From Microthrixaceae bacterium (GTDB lineage Bacteria > Actinomycetota > Acidimicrobiia > Acidimicrobiales > DATDAH01): a DNA stretch of 64,000 bases. How positions within the stretch are numbered: position 1 is the stretch's first letter; each line of letters begins with the position of its first letter. The notes under the pieces were generated by a model that saw nothing but the letters and a program-made list of their open reading frames with translations, made no database searches and was not told where the DNA came from. Position numbers and translations under genes: made by a program. This document shows, piece by piece, positions 1-8,827 of the stretch. The stretch spans positions 6,532 to 70,531 of the forward strand of contig JACJWK010000015.1 in assembly GCA_020637195.1 (NCBI GenBank), read 5' to 3'.

Positions 1-1028
1 TGGAGGGCGCGCGGGCCAAGGTGGCCGACTTCATCGGCGCCCCCTCACCCACCGAGGTGGTCTTCACCAAGAACTTCACCGAGGCCTTCAACCTGCTGGC
101 CCGCTCGTGGGGCGGGGCCAACCTCGGGCCCGGCGACGCCGTCGTGCTGTCGCACATGGAGCACCACTCCAACATCGTCCCCTGGCAGATCCTCGCCGCC
201 GAGAAGGGCTTCGAGCTGCGCTGGCTGCCCGTCGACGCCGAGGGCCAGCTCGAGCTCGGCGACCTCGACCGGCTCCTCGACGGCGCCAAGCTGCTCGCGG
301 TGACGGCCATGTCCAACGTGCTCGGCACCCTCACCCCGGTGCGCCACCTGGCCGACGCCGCCCACGCCGCCGGCGCGCTGCTCGCGGTCGACGCCTGCCA
401 GTACGTGCCCCACGTGCCCACCGACGTCGGCGAGCTCGGCGCCGACTTCCTGGCCTTCTCCGGCCACAAGATGTGCGGGCCCACCGGCATCGGCGCCCTG
501 TGGGGCCGGGCCGAGCTGCTCGAGGCCATGCCGCCGTTCCTCGGCGGCGGCGAGATGATCCGCGACGTCCGCCTCGACGGCTTCACGCCCAACGAGCTGC
601 CGTGGAAGTTCGAGGCGGGCACGCCGCCCATCGCCGAGACGATCGGCCTCGGCGCCGCCGTCGACTACCTCGAGGCCCTCGGGATGGACGCCGTGCGCGA
701 GCACGAGGTCTCGCTCACCGCCTACGCCCTGCGCACCCTCCACGAGCGCTTCGGCGACCGCCTCACCGTGCACGGCCCGGCCGAGCCGGCGGCCCGTGGC
801 GGCGTCCTGTCGATGGCCCTCGCCGACCTGCATCCCCACGACGTGGCCCAGGTGCTCGACCAGGAGGCCGTGTGCGTCCGCGCCGGGCACCACTGCGCCA
901 AGCCGCTCATGCGGGTGCTGGGCGTGGGCGCCACCGCCCGCGCGTCGTTGTACGTTTACAACGACGAGCGCGACGTGGACGCGCTGGCCGACGCCCTCGA
1001 CTCGGCGTTGGCGTTCTTCGCGCTGTAA
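1..1028 (+). CDS. sufS: Cysteine desulfurase SufS, 5'-truncated by the window edge (frame starts at nt 3)
   Basis: The ORF stays open to the left edge. Class-V aminotransferase/SufS-like sequence (HMEHHSNIVPWQ, FSGHKMCGPTGIGALWGR, RAGHHCAKPL), followed directly by sufU. Confidence 0.9.
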   Translation, partial: EGARAKVADFIGAPSPTEVVFTKNFTEAFNLLARSWGGANLGPGDAVVLSHMEHHSNIVPWQILAAEKGFELRWLPVDAEGQLELGDLDRLLDGAKLLAVTAMSNVLGTLTPVRHLADAAHAAGALLAVDACQYVPHVPTDVGELGADFLAFSGHKMCGPTGIGALWGRAELLEAMPPFLGGGEMIRDVRLDGFTPNELPWKFEAGTPPIAETIGLGAAVDYLEALGMDAVREHEVSLTAYALRTLHERFGDRLTVHGPAEPAARGGVLSMALADLHPHDVAQVLDQEAVCVRAGHHCAKPLMRVLGVGATARASLYVYNDERDVDALADALDSALAFFAL

Positions 1029-1031
1029 GGC

Positions 1032-1553
1032 GTGCTCCAGGACAAGGGAGAGCCTGTGCCCGGTCTCGAAGACCTGTATCGAGAGATCATCCTCGACCAC
1101 TACCGCAACCCCCGGAACCGCGGCGAGCTCGAGAGCCCGCCGGCCCACCGCGTCGAGGGCTTCAACCCGCTGTGCGGCGACGAGATCGTGGTCTACCTCC
1201 GCCTCGACGACGACGGCCGGGTGGACGACATCAAGATCGGCGGCCAGGGCTGCTCCATCAGCCAGTCCTCGGCGTCGATGATGTCGGCCGCGGTGAAGGG
1301 CAAGACCCTCGACGAGGTCCAGGACCTCACCCGGGCCTTCAAGGCGATGATGTCGATCCACGAGCAGGAGATCGGGGGCGAGGGCGACGAGGCCGACGGC
1401 GACGACGGCGAGGCCGAGGCCGCCGCGTCGGGCGACGTCCGCCTGGGCGACCTCGAGGCGCTGCGCGGCGTCGTGAAGTTCCCCGTGCGCATCAAGTGCG
1501 CCACCCTCTCGTGGAACACCCTGGCCCAGGGCATCGAGGAAGCCACGGCCTAG
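1032..1553 (+). CDS. sufU: SufU/IscU-like Fe-S cluster scaffold / sulfur acceptor
   Basis: DHYRNPRNRG, NPLCGDEI, GQGCSISQSSASMM and KCATLSWN motifs. GTG start lies 4 nt after the sufS stop. Confidence 0.88.
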   Translation: MLQDKGEPVPGLEDLYREIILDHYRNPRNRGELESPPAHRVEGFNPLCGDEIVVYLRLDDDGRVDDIKIGGQGCSISQSSASMMSAAVKGKTLDEVQDLTRAFKAMMSIHEQEIGGEGDEADGDDGEAEAAASGDVRLGDLEALRGVVKFPVRIKCATLSWNTLAQGIEEATA

Positions 1554-1572
1554 GCCGGCGGGCGGGCGGCGC

Positions 1573-2559
1573 TCAGCGCCCGGCGCCCCCGGTGAGCTCG
1601 GTGTCGAGCTCGGGCACCGTGACGGTGGCGGTGCCGGCCTTGGTCACCGCCACCGCCGCCGCCGCCGAGGAGACCTGAACCGCGGCCTCGGGCGTGAACC
1701 CGCCCGCGAGGGCGAGCGCGAGCGCGCCCACGACGGTGTCACCCGCCCCGGTGACGTCGTACACCGTTCGGGCGCGCGCCGGGGCGTGGAAGGGCTCGGA
1801 GCCGCGGGCCACGAGGACCATCCCGAGCGGGCCGAGCGTCACGAGCAGGGCGGCCCCACCCAGCCCGTCGAGCAACGACCGGGCGGCGCCGACGGCGACG
1901 TCGACCGTGGGACAGGGATACCCCACCGCCCGCTCGAGCTCGGCGGTGTTGGGCGTGACCACCGTCGCGCCGCGGTAGGCGGAAAGGTCCGGGCGCTTCG
2001 GGTCGACGACGACGGGCTTGTCCGCGGCCGCCTCGACGACCACCTGGACGAGCTCGTCGTCGACGACGCCCTTGTCGTAGTCGGAGATCACCACGGCGTC
2101 CGCCTGCTCGGCCGCCCGTCGGGCCGCCCGCACCAGGTCGCGTCGGACGCCGCCGCTCAGGGTGCGTGGCGCCTCGTGGTCGATGCGCACGATCTGTTGG
2201 CCACGGGCGACGACGCGCGTCTTCACGGTCGTGTCCCGCCCGGGGTCGACGACGAGGCGGCTCGCGTCGATGCCTGCGGCATCGGCCAGATCGCGCACCG
2301 AGGACCCCGCCCCGTCGTCCCCGACGCAACCGACGATCGTGGCCCCGCCGCCGAGCGCGGCGATGCTCGCGGCGGCGTTGGCGGCCCCGCCCGGCATCGC
2401 CGATCGGCGCCGTGCCTCGAGGATCGGCACCGGTGCCTCGGCCGAGATCCGGCGGACGTCACCATGGACGTACTCGTCCAACATGACGTCGCCGACGACG
2501 GCCACGGTGACCTGGGTGAAGACCGAGAGGTCGGGAAGCGGGTCGGAGCGAGCAGTCAC
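1573..2559 (-). CDS. hldA: D-glycero-beta-D-manno-heptose-7-phosphate kinase (RfaE domain I / PfkB family), stand-alone
   Basis: PfkB-family signature DVTGAGDT; N-terminal VVGDVMLDEY..ISAEAPVP is typical of RfaE domain I. I place the start at GTG 2559, 8 nt after the gmhB stop. The track ORF extends to 2676 but overlaps gmhB. Confidence 0.8.
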   Translation of the reverse strand: MTARSDPLPDLSVFTQVTVAVVGDVMLDEYVHGDVRRISAEAPVPILEARRRSAMPGGAANAAASIAALGGGATIVGCVGDDGAGSSVRDLADAAGIDASRLVVDPGRDTTVKTRVVARGQQIVRIDHEAPRTLSGGVRRDLVRAARRAAEQADAVVISDYDKGVVDDELVQVVVEAAADKPVVVDPKRPDLSAYRGATVVTPNTAELERAVGYPCPTVDVAVGAARSLLDGLGGAALLVTLGPLGMVLVARGSEPFHAPARARTVYDVTGAGDTVVGALALALAGGFTPEAAVQVSSAAAAVAVTKAGTATVTVPELDTELTGGAGR

Positions 2560-2566
2560 GGCGGCC

Positions 2567-3091
2567 TCATCCTCGCGCTCTGAGCCAGGCCGCCACGTCG
2601 CTCCAACGCTCGAACGACGCGTCCGCGGACGGATGGGCGACCGGCCCGTAGGACACGGTGGCGCACCCGGCGGCACGTCCGGCGCCCACGTCGCTCTCCT
2701 TGTCCCCGACCATCACCGAGTGGCGCAGCTCCAGACCCAAGGTCTGCGCCGCTTGGCGGAGCAGCCCCGTGCGTGGCTTGCGGCACGCGCACCCCTCGTC
2801 GGGGCGGTGGAAGCAGAAGAAGGCTCCATCGAGGCCGACGCCGACCGCCGCGAGGCGCCGCTCGACCTCGGCCTGGACCGCGGCGGCCTCGTCGGGACGG
2901 ATCAGGCCCCGACCGACGCCCGACTGGTTGCCGACGAGCACGAGCCGGTACCCGAGGTCCGATCGAAGCGCACCCAGGCACTCGACCTCGGGGCGCAACC
3001 GCACGAGCGCCGGATCCCGGGGGTAGCCGATGTCATCGATCACCGTGCCGTCGCGATCGAGCAGCAGCGCCCGCGGTCGCGGGTCCGTCAC
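2567..3091 (-). CDS. gmhB: D-glycero-D-manno-heptose-1,7-bisphosphate phosphatase (HAD family)
   Basis: HAD motif LLLDRDGTV, Zn-finger-like CFHRPDEGCACRKP and MVGDKESD. GTGA start/stop overlap with the upstream gene. Confidence 0.85.
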   Translation of the reverse strand: MTDPRPRALLLDRDGTVIDDIGYPRDPALVRLRPEVECLGALRSDLGYRLVLVGNQSGVGRGLIRPDEAAAVQAEVERRLAAVGVGLDGAFFCFHRPDEGCACRKPRTGLLRQAAQTLGLELRHSVMVGDKESDVGAGRAAGCATVSYGPVAHPSADASFERWSDVAAWLRARG

Positions 3092-4221
3092 GACCCCTCG
3101 ACACCGAGCCGGGCCAGGGCCGCGGTCGTGGAGCGCCCGGGGACCAGCGGGAGGAACTCGACCCGGCCGCCGTAGGACCGGACGACGTCGGCCTCGGGGA
3201 CCGCCGCGCCGTGCGGCGGGGCGTAGTCGGCACCCTTGCAGTGCACGTCGGGTCGCAGCTCGGAGAGCACCTCGACCGGCGTCGCTTCCTCGAACACGTG
3301 GACGACGTCGACCGCTTCCAGGGCGGACAGCACGGCGACCCGGTCCTCGACCGGGAACACGGGCCGATCGGGGCCCTTCGACGCCCGGACCGTCGAGTCG
3401 GCGTTGACGCCGACGATCAGCACGTCACCCAACCGCCGTGCGGCCTGGAGGAACGTGACGTGGCCGACGTGCAACACGTCGAACACCCCGTTGGTCCACA
3501 CGACCGTGCGCCCGAGGCGCCCGAGGCGCGCCCGCTCGGCCAGCAGCTCGGGCCGCGCCAGGACCGCGGCCGGGGCCCCCGCAGGCCGCGGCGACCGCGC
3601 GGCGGCGCGGTCCTCGCCGTCCCGGCCGGCCGCCGTGACGGCCGCGTCGACCGCCTCGCACAGGAGGTGCCCGATCGTGAGGTGGACCTCCTGGATGCGG
3701 GCCGTCTCGGTCGACGGCACCACGACGGCGTGATCGCAACGGGCGGCCAGCTCTCCTCCCCCGGCGCCCGTCAGCCCGACGACGGTGATGCCGAGTGCAC
3801 GGGCGGCGGCGACCCCCTCGAGCACGTTCGGTGACGCGCCGCTGGTGCTCAGCGCCAAGGCGACGTCCCCCGGCCGGCCCAGCGCGGTGAGCTGGCGGGC
3901 GAAGACCTGGTCGAAGCCGAAGTCGTTGGCGATGGCGGTCAGTGCCGAGGTGTCGACCGTCAACGCGATCGCCCGCAGGCCCGGCCGATCCCGCTCGTAG
4001 CGACCCACGAGCTCGGACGCGATGTGCTGCGCGTCGGCCGCGCTCCCGCCGTTGCCGAAGACGAACAGCGTGCCGCCGCCGGCAACGGCGTCGACGACCA
4101 CGCGCGCCGCGGTCGAGACGGCGGCGCCCTCGGTGTCGAGCAGCACCCGCCGAAGGCTCGCACCGTCCCGGAGGCCCCGGGCCACCAACGCGGCGACGGC
4201 GTCGTCGGCCGGCGCACCCAT
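3088..4221 (-). CDS. gmhA-hldC: Fusion protein: phosphoheptose isomerase (SIS, GmhA-like; about nt 4221-3645) plus heptose-1-phosphate adenylyltransferase (RfaE domain II/HldC-like cytidylyltransferase fold; about nt 3516-3088)
   Basis: N-terminal half has GNGGSAADAQHIASELVGR..STSGASPNV..TARIQEVHL (GmhA-like). C-terminal half has NGVFDVLHVGHVTFLQ (HxGH nucleotidyltransferase motif)..VNADSTV..HCKGADY. ATG 4221 lies 5 nt after the GT9 stop. Confidence 0.8.
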   Translation of the reverse strand: MGAPADDAVAALVARGLRDGASLRRVLLDTEGAAVSTAARVVVDAVAGGGTLFVFGNGGSAADAQHIASELVGRYERDRPGLRAIALTVDTSALTAIANDFGFDQVFARQLTALGRPGDVALALSTSGASPNVLEGVAAARALGITVVGLTGAGGGELAARCDHAVVVPSTETARIQEVHLTIGHLLCEAVDAAVTAAGRDGEDRAAARSPRPAGAPAAVLARPELLAERARLGRLGRTVVWTNGVFDVLHVGHVTFLQAARRLGDVLIVGVNADSTVRASKGPDRPVFPVEDRVAVLSALEAVDVVHVFEEATPVEVLSELRPDVHCKGADYAPPHGAAVPEADVVRSYGGRVEFLPLVPGRSTTAALARLGVEGS

Positions 4222-4226
4222 GTCGC

Positions 4227-5471
4227 TCACGGACGGCCGTCGACCGGGGCGCCGGCGGCGAGCGAGCGCACCTCGCGGCACCGTTCGAGCACGTCGGCGA
4301 CCGACACCGACTTGGCCACGGTGTTGTCGAGGTCCTCGACGGGCCGGCCGGCGACGACGTCCTTGCCGTTGTAGACGGTGAACAGGGGCAGCGAGTACAG
4401 CGCCGGCGCGACCGACGCGCTCCGACTCGCTCGTGGGCCGTACACCACAGGGGTATCGGCGAAGAACAGACCGACCACCGGCGCGTCGACGAGACCGGCG
4501 AGGTGCATCGGGCCGCTGTCATTGCTCACGACGAGCGACGCCGCCGCGAAGAGGGCGAGGAGCTCGCGGAGGGAGAGCTCGCCCGCGACGCTCACCATCC
4601 GAGGGTCGTCGGCGGGATCCACGATGCTGGACACGTACGCGGCCTCGCCGCCCGTGCCGATGAACACGACCCGGCAGTCGGGGTCGTCGTCGAGCAGGCG
4701 GACCGCGAGCTCTCGGTAGCGGGCCGGAGGCCACTTCCGGATCTCGGGAGCGAGGTCCGGGGAGGTGTTGGGGTTGACCACCACGAGTCGCCGTCCGTCG
4801 ATGCCGCGATCGGCGAGGACCTCCTGCACCCGATCGTGGGCGTCGCGGGGGACCACGGTGCGCTCGTCGCCGTATCGGCGCCGGAAGGCATCGAAGTCGA
4901 GGTAGTAGAGATCGCCCGTGCTGAGGAGGTACACGAGCGAGAGGAAGATGTCGCGGGTGTGGAAGTAGTGGTTGTACGACCCGGGTACGTCGAGCAGTCG
5001 CCGGCGCCAAGGCTCCTGCACGAGGTAGAAGCCCGCCTTCCGGGGGATGCCCGCCAGGGCGGCGAGCACGAGGGGGAACTTGGCGAAGAACTCGAGGTCG
5101 ATCACGAGGTCGATGCCGAGACGGCGCAGGCCACGCGCGACGGAGAGGGTCGACGACACGAACGCACGGGGGCTCGAGGGATCGATGAACCAGCTGCGGT
5201 CGGTCAGGCCGAGGAGCTCGAGGATCTCCCGGTTCGATCGGAACGTCACGAAGTGGAGCTCGGCGTCCGGATAGGCGTCACGCAGCGCCCGGAGCGCGGG
5301 CGCCGAGACCACGATCGACCCGAGGCCGAAGAACTTCATCACGACGATCCGCTCGACCGTGGAGCGCCTCCGCCGCAAGGGACGGGTGACCACCCACCCC
5401 AGCGCGATGATCGAGCAGATCAGGTTGCCGACGTGGTTGTCGATCCATCGCATCACGCGGACGTCGAACAC
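4227..5471 (-). CDS. Glycosyltransferase family 9 (heptosyltransferase-like)
   Basis: GT9-like layout: RIVVMKFFGLGSIVVSAPALRALR.., KWPPARYRELA.., SLVVSNDSGPMHLAGLVDAPVVGLF. The start could be GTG 5471 or ATG 5453. Confidence 0.75.
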   Translation of the reverse strand: MFDVRVMRWIDNHVGNLICSIIALGWVVTRPLRRRRSTVERIVVMKFFGLGSIVVSAPALRALRDAYPDAELHFVTFRSNREILELLGLTDRSWFIDPSSPRAFVSSTLSVARGLRRLGIDLVIDLEFFAKFPLVLAALAGIPRKAGFYLVQEPWRRRLLDVPGSYNHYFHTRDIFLSLVYLLSTGDLYYLDFDAFRRRYGDERTVVPRDAHDRVQEVLADRGIDGRRLVVVNPNTSPDLAPEIRKWPPARYRELAVRLLDDDPDCRVVFIGTGGEAAYVSSIVDPADDPRMVSVAGELSLRELLALFAAASLVVSNDSGPMHLAGLVDAPVVGLFFADTPVVYGPRASRSASVAPALYSLPLFTVYNGKDVVAGRPVEDLDNTVAKSVSVADVLERCREVRSLAAGAPVDGRP

Positions 5472-5604
5472 GGGATCGGCACAGTATCAGTCGACGCCCG
5501 GCGGTCCCCTCCCGCCGTTGCCCGACCTCGGGCCGCTCCCACCGGCCCACGGGTGCCCGGTAGGCTGCTCGGCCGGGTCGGGGCAGCGGCGAGGTGACCA
5601 GCAC

Positions 5605-7629
5605 GTGACGGCAGTGGACAGCAGCAGCGACGCCTCGGCGCCTGCCCGCCTCGGTGGGCGTGGATGCCGTCTCGGCGATCTCTCCCCCCGCGATCGTCGG
5701 ATCGGCATCGCGCTCGCCGCGCTGGTCGCGGCTCCGTTCGTGATCGCGGCCCTGCAGGCGATCGCCGACGGTTGGTTCCCGACCGGCGACAACGGGACGA
5801 TGTTGACCGTCGCCCGGCAGGTGTTCACCACCAACACCCCCCTGACCGGCGAGGTGGCCTCGGGCACACGCTACGGCGCCCACCCGTTCCACCCGGGACC
5901 GCTCGTCTACTACTTCCTCGCACCGTTCGTGGAGGTGTTCGGCGGACCCAACGGCCTGCTCCTGGGTGCCGCCTTCGTCTCCTCGACGGCGATGGTGCTC
6001 ATCGGCTACAGCGCCCTGCGCACGGCCGGGCGTGGCGCCGCGATCTGGGCCTGGGTCGTCGCCGGCGCGATGTGCTGGTCGCTCGGTGGCACCGCGTTCT
6101 TGTACCCACCGTTCAAGACGACCCTGTCGCTCGTGGTCATCCTCTTGTTCCTGTTCCTCTGCGCTGCGCTCCTCAGCGGCCAGAGCGGGCTGCTTCCCCT
6201 GTGGGTCGTGGTGGCGTCGTTCCCGGCCGCCGCGACCATGCGCTACGCCCTCCCGGTGCTGGCGGTCGCCGGGTCGACGCTGTTGGTCCTGGGCGCGCGG
6301 CGGTGGCATCGCACGGCGCGGGTCGACGAGCGACGCTCCTGGCGGGTGCGTCTCGCCGAGTCGGTGGCGCTCGACGGGCGCGAGCGACGGTCGGTGCTGC
6401 TCGCGGTGCTCGCGGGCCTCGTGTGTTGGTGGGCGCCGATCTACGAGGCCGTCACCAACGGAGGAGGCAACGTCCGAGAGCTCTACCGGGCCTCACGCGT
6501 GGCCGCCGGCGAGGTCGACGGGCTGTCCCAGGCGCTCGGCGAGCAGGCGAAGGCGATGCTGTTCGATCCGGTGATGTCCGCGGCGGCGTTCCACACCCCC
6601 TCCACGTGGTACCTCGTCGGGTCGGCCGTGGTCCTCGGCGCCACCGCGTTCCTTGCGGTGCGGCTCCGTCACCGGATCGACCGGGGCACGGCTGCCTGCC
6701 TCGCGGTCGCGACGTTGGCGCTGGTCTTCATGCTGATCTCGCTGGCCACGACCCCGTCCGACGAGGGGTTCGGGATCTTCCGGACCCTCGCCTCCTCCCC
6801 CGTCGCCGCCTTCGTGTGGTTCGCCGCGGGTCTGGTCCTGGCGCTCGGGCTGCGCTCCCGGATCCCGGCACTCGACCGGCGCGCCCTGCCCGCCCTCGTC
6901 GGCGCGCTGGTCGTCGTCCTCGTGCTCACGGCGGTCCCGGGACCGATCGACGCGGACACCGAGCAGTACCCGTGGGCCTCGACCGCCACGCGCCAGCTCG
7001 TCGACGCCTCCGTTCCCGACCTCGGCGCCGACGGGCAGTGGCAGTCCTGGGTGATCGGTGGGCGCACGATCGACACCGTGTTCATCGGGTACAAGGCGGG
7101 GCTCGAGGCTGCCGGCGTGTACACGGGGATCGATGCCAGAGCACCAGGGCTGCGGACCGATCTCGACGCCCCGTCCGGGCCGGTGGCGGGGTCGCTCCTG
7201 CTCCAGGCCGACGCCGTCCGGCCGCCGGGCGGCGCGTGGCGCCGGATCGCCCACTACGAGCCCGAGGGTCGGGACCCGACGGCGGCGACGGAGAGCGCCG
7301 AGCGCCTCGCCGAGTTCGCCCGGGAGACGAACCCCCGACCGCTGGCCGCCTTCGAGGCCACGTTGCCCCGGTTGCTCTGTCCGGAGCTGGCGGCGTCGGG
7401 GTTCCAGGGCGAGTGCCCCGAGGTGGAGCAGGTGCTGGCGTCCGACAACCCCGTGGCCGAGTTGGACCCCGCGGTGATCGCGCTCGCCTACCTCGTGCAG
7501 TTCGGCGACGACACCCAGTTCCCGATCATGGACGGTCCCCGACCACCCGAGGACGTCCTCGAGGCGGCGGCCGAGAGTTGGGACGACGTGCCGATCAGCG
7601 TCTACATCCTGGACGCCGACGGCGGCTGA
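5605..7629 (+). CDS. Large polytopic membrane protein (at least 10 predicted TM helices plus about 250-aa C-terminal soluble domain); possible GT-C-type glycosyltransferase/polymerase
   Basis: Long hydrophobic N-terminal two-thirds and a hydrophilic C-terminal third. Divergent from the GT9 gene. Start is uncertain: GTG 5605 chosen, because the track ORF start 5359 overlaps the GT9 gene. Confidence 0.55.
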   Translation: MTAVDSSSDASAPARLGGRGCRLGDLSPRDRRIGIALAALVAAPFVIAALQAIADGWFPTGDNGTMLTVARQVFTTNTPLTGEVASGTRYGAHPFHPGPLVYYFLAPFVEVFGGPNGLLLGAAFVSSTAMVLIGYSALRTAGRGAAIWAWVVAGAMCWSLGGTAFLYPPFKTTLSLVVILLFLFLCAALLSGQSGLLPLWVVVASFPAAATMRYALPVLAVAGSTLLVLGARRWHRTARVDERRSWRVRLAESVALDGRERRSVLLAVLAGLVCWWAPIYEAVTNGGGNVRELYRASRVAAGEVDGLSQALGEQAKAMLFDPVMSAAAFHTPSTWYLVGSAVVLGATAFLAVRLRHRIDRGTAACLAVATLALVFMLISLATTPSDEGFGIFRTLASSPVAAFVWFAAGLVLALGLRSRIPALDRRALPALVGALVVVLVLTAVPGPIDADTEQYPWASTATRQLVDASVPDLGADGQWQSWVIGGRTIDTVFIGYKAGLEAAGVYTGIDARAPGLRTDLDAPSGPVAGSLLLQADAVRPPGGAWRRIAHYEPEGRDPTAATESAERLAEFARETNPRPLAAFEATLPRLLCPELAASGFQGECPEVEQVLASDNPVAELDPAVIALAYLVQFGDDTQFPIMDGPRPPEDVLEAAAESWDDVPISVYILDADGG

Positions 7630-7667
7630 GGGCGCGGACGGAGGCGCTCCCCACGCGCCCCCGGTCG

Positions 7668-8480
7668 TCAGGCCAGGGGGTCGGCGAAGGGGTCCGCGAA
7701 CGGGTCGGCCGCCACGCCGGCGGCGGGCTCGCCGTCGACGGACTCGTCCACCCCGAAGCGGGCGTAGCCCTCGGCCTCGAGGGCCTGGGCCAGCTCCGGG
7801 CCACCGGACTCGCGGATGCGGCCCTGCACGAGGATGTGCACCTGGTCGCTCTTCAGCTCGTGGAGCAGCCGGCTGTAGTGGGTGATGGCCAGGACGCCGA
7901 GCCCCCACTCGGTGGTGGCCTCCTCGACCCGCCGGCTCACGCGACGCAGCGCGTCCACGTCGAGGCCGGAATCCAGCTCGTCGAGGATGGCGATGGCGGG
8001 GCGCAGCACGCCGAGCTGGAGGGTCTCGTTGCGCTTCTGCTCGCCGCCGGAGAGGTCCACGTTGAGCTGACGGGCGAGGAACCGCTCGTCGAAGCCGATG
8101 CGCTCGGCCTCGGCGACCATGCGGTCGCGCACGTCGGCCAGGTCGCGTCCGGCGGCCCGGAACGACTCGGCGAACAGGTCCTCGAGCGACACGCCGGGCA
8201 CCTCGACGGGGTACTGCATGGCCAGGAACAGCCCGGCCTGCGCCCGCTCCCATGGTTCGAGGGCGAGCAGGTCCGTGCCGTCGAGCGTGACCGCGCCGCC
8301 GGTGACGCGGTAGCCGGGCCGGCCCATGAGCACGTGGGACAGCGTCGACTTCCCCGACCCGTTCGGGCCCATCACGGCGTGGACCTCGCCGCTGCGCACC
8401 ACCAGGTCGACGCCTCGGAGGATCTCGCGACCCTCGACCTCGGCCCGCAGGCCCTCGATCACCAGCTCGTGCGACGCCAC
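7668..8480 (-). CDS. sufC: Fe-S cluster assembly ATPase SufC
   Basis: Walker A GPNGSGKST, signature LSGGEQKR, Walker B ILDELDSGLD. GTG 8480 is preceded by GAAGGAGG. An alternative GTG 8510 overlaps the Rieske stop as GTGA. The 558-aa track ORF is a fused shadow extension. Confidence 0.9.
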   Translation of the reverse strand: MASHELVIEGLRAEVEGREILRGVDLVVRSGEVHAVMGPNGSGKSTLSHVLMGRPGYRVTGGAVTLDGTDLLALEPWERAQAGLFLAMQYPVEVPGVSLEDLFAESFRAAGRDLADVRDRMVAEAERIGFDERFLARQLNVDLSGGEQKRNETLQLGVLRPAIAILDELDSGLDVDALRRVSRRVEEATTEWGLGVLAITHYSRLLHELKSDQVHILVQGRIRESGGPELAQALEAEGYARFGVDESVDGEPAAGVAADPFADPFADPLA

Positions 8481-8506
8481 CGCGCCTCCTTCGCTCTGCG
8501 CCGCGC

Positions 8507-8827
8507 TCACGGCAGCGTCACCCAGACGTCGCCGTCCACGACCTCGACGTCGTAGACCGGCGTGGCCTTCGTGGCCGGGAGCGCCGACGGCGCGCCGGTC
8601 TCGAGGGAGAACGCGCTCCCGTGCTTCCAGCACTCGATCTGGCGCTCGTCGGCCAGCACCTCGCCCTCGCTGAGCGAGATGTCCTGGTGGGTGCACCGGT
8701 CGCCCACCACGTACACGTCGTCGTCGATGCGCACGACCGCGAGGCGGCGGTCCGCCACGTCGACGCGCCGGGCGGTCCCCGGCTCGAGCTCGGCGAGGGC
8801 GCAGAGGCGCTCCCGGGCGCCGCTCAT
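8507..8827 (-). CDS. Rieske [2Fe-2S] ferredoxin-like protein of the suf operon
   Basis: CTHQDISL..CWKHGSAF (CxH..CxxH). The position between sufD and sufC is the usual one in actinobacterial suf operons, from my recollection of Streptomyces. Confidence 0.85.
   Translation of the reverse strand: MSGARERLCALAELEPGTARRVDVADRRLAVVRIDDDVYVVGDRCTHQDISLSEGEVLADERQIECWKHGSAFSLETGAPSALPATKATPVYDVEVVDGDVWVTLP

Noticed and set aside
45-1678. Long ORFs 45-1361(-) and 107-1678(+) overlapping sufS/sufU. There are many similar ones elsewhere, for example 5664-8555(+), 6493-8253(-), 13351-14724(-), 17187-18023(-), 54075-56462(-) and 57857-60631(-, upstream part).
   Set aside because: Their composition is Arg/Pro/Gly/Ala-rich low complexity, typical of off-frame or antisense translation of very GC-rich DNA. 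Each overlaps a frame with clear family motifs.
8507-8827. The Rieske ferredoxin between sufD and sufC as part of the novel cassette or a third paralogue of the permuted proteins.
   Set aside because: It is a 106-aa stand-alone Rieske ferredoxin at the position usual for actinobacterial suf operons. It has no N-terminal D-x2-H-x4-H domain.
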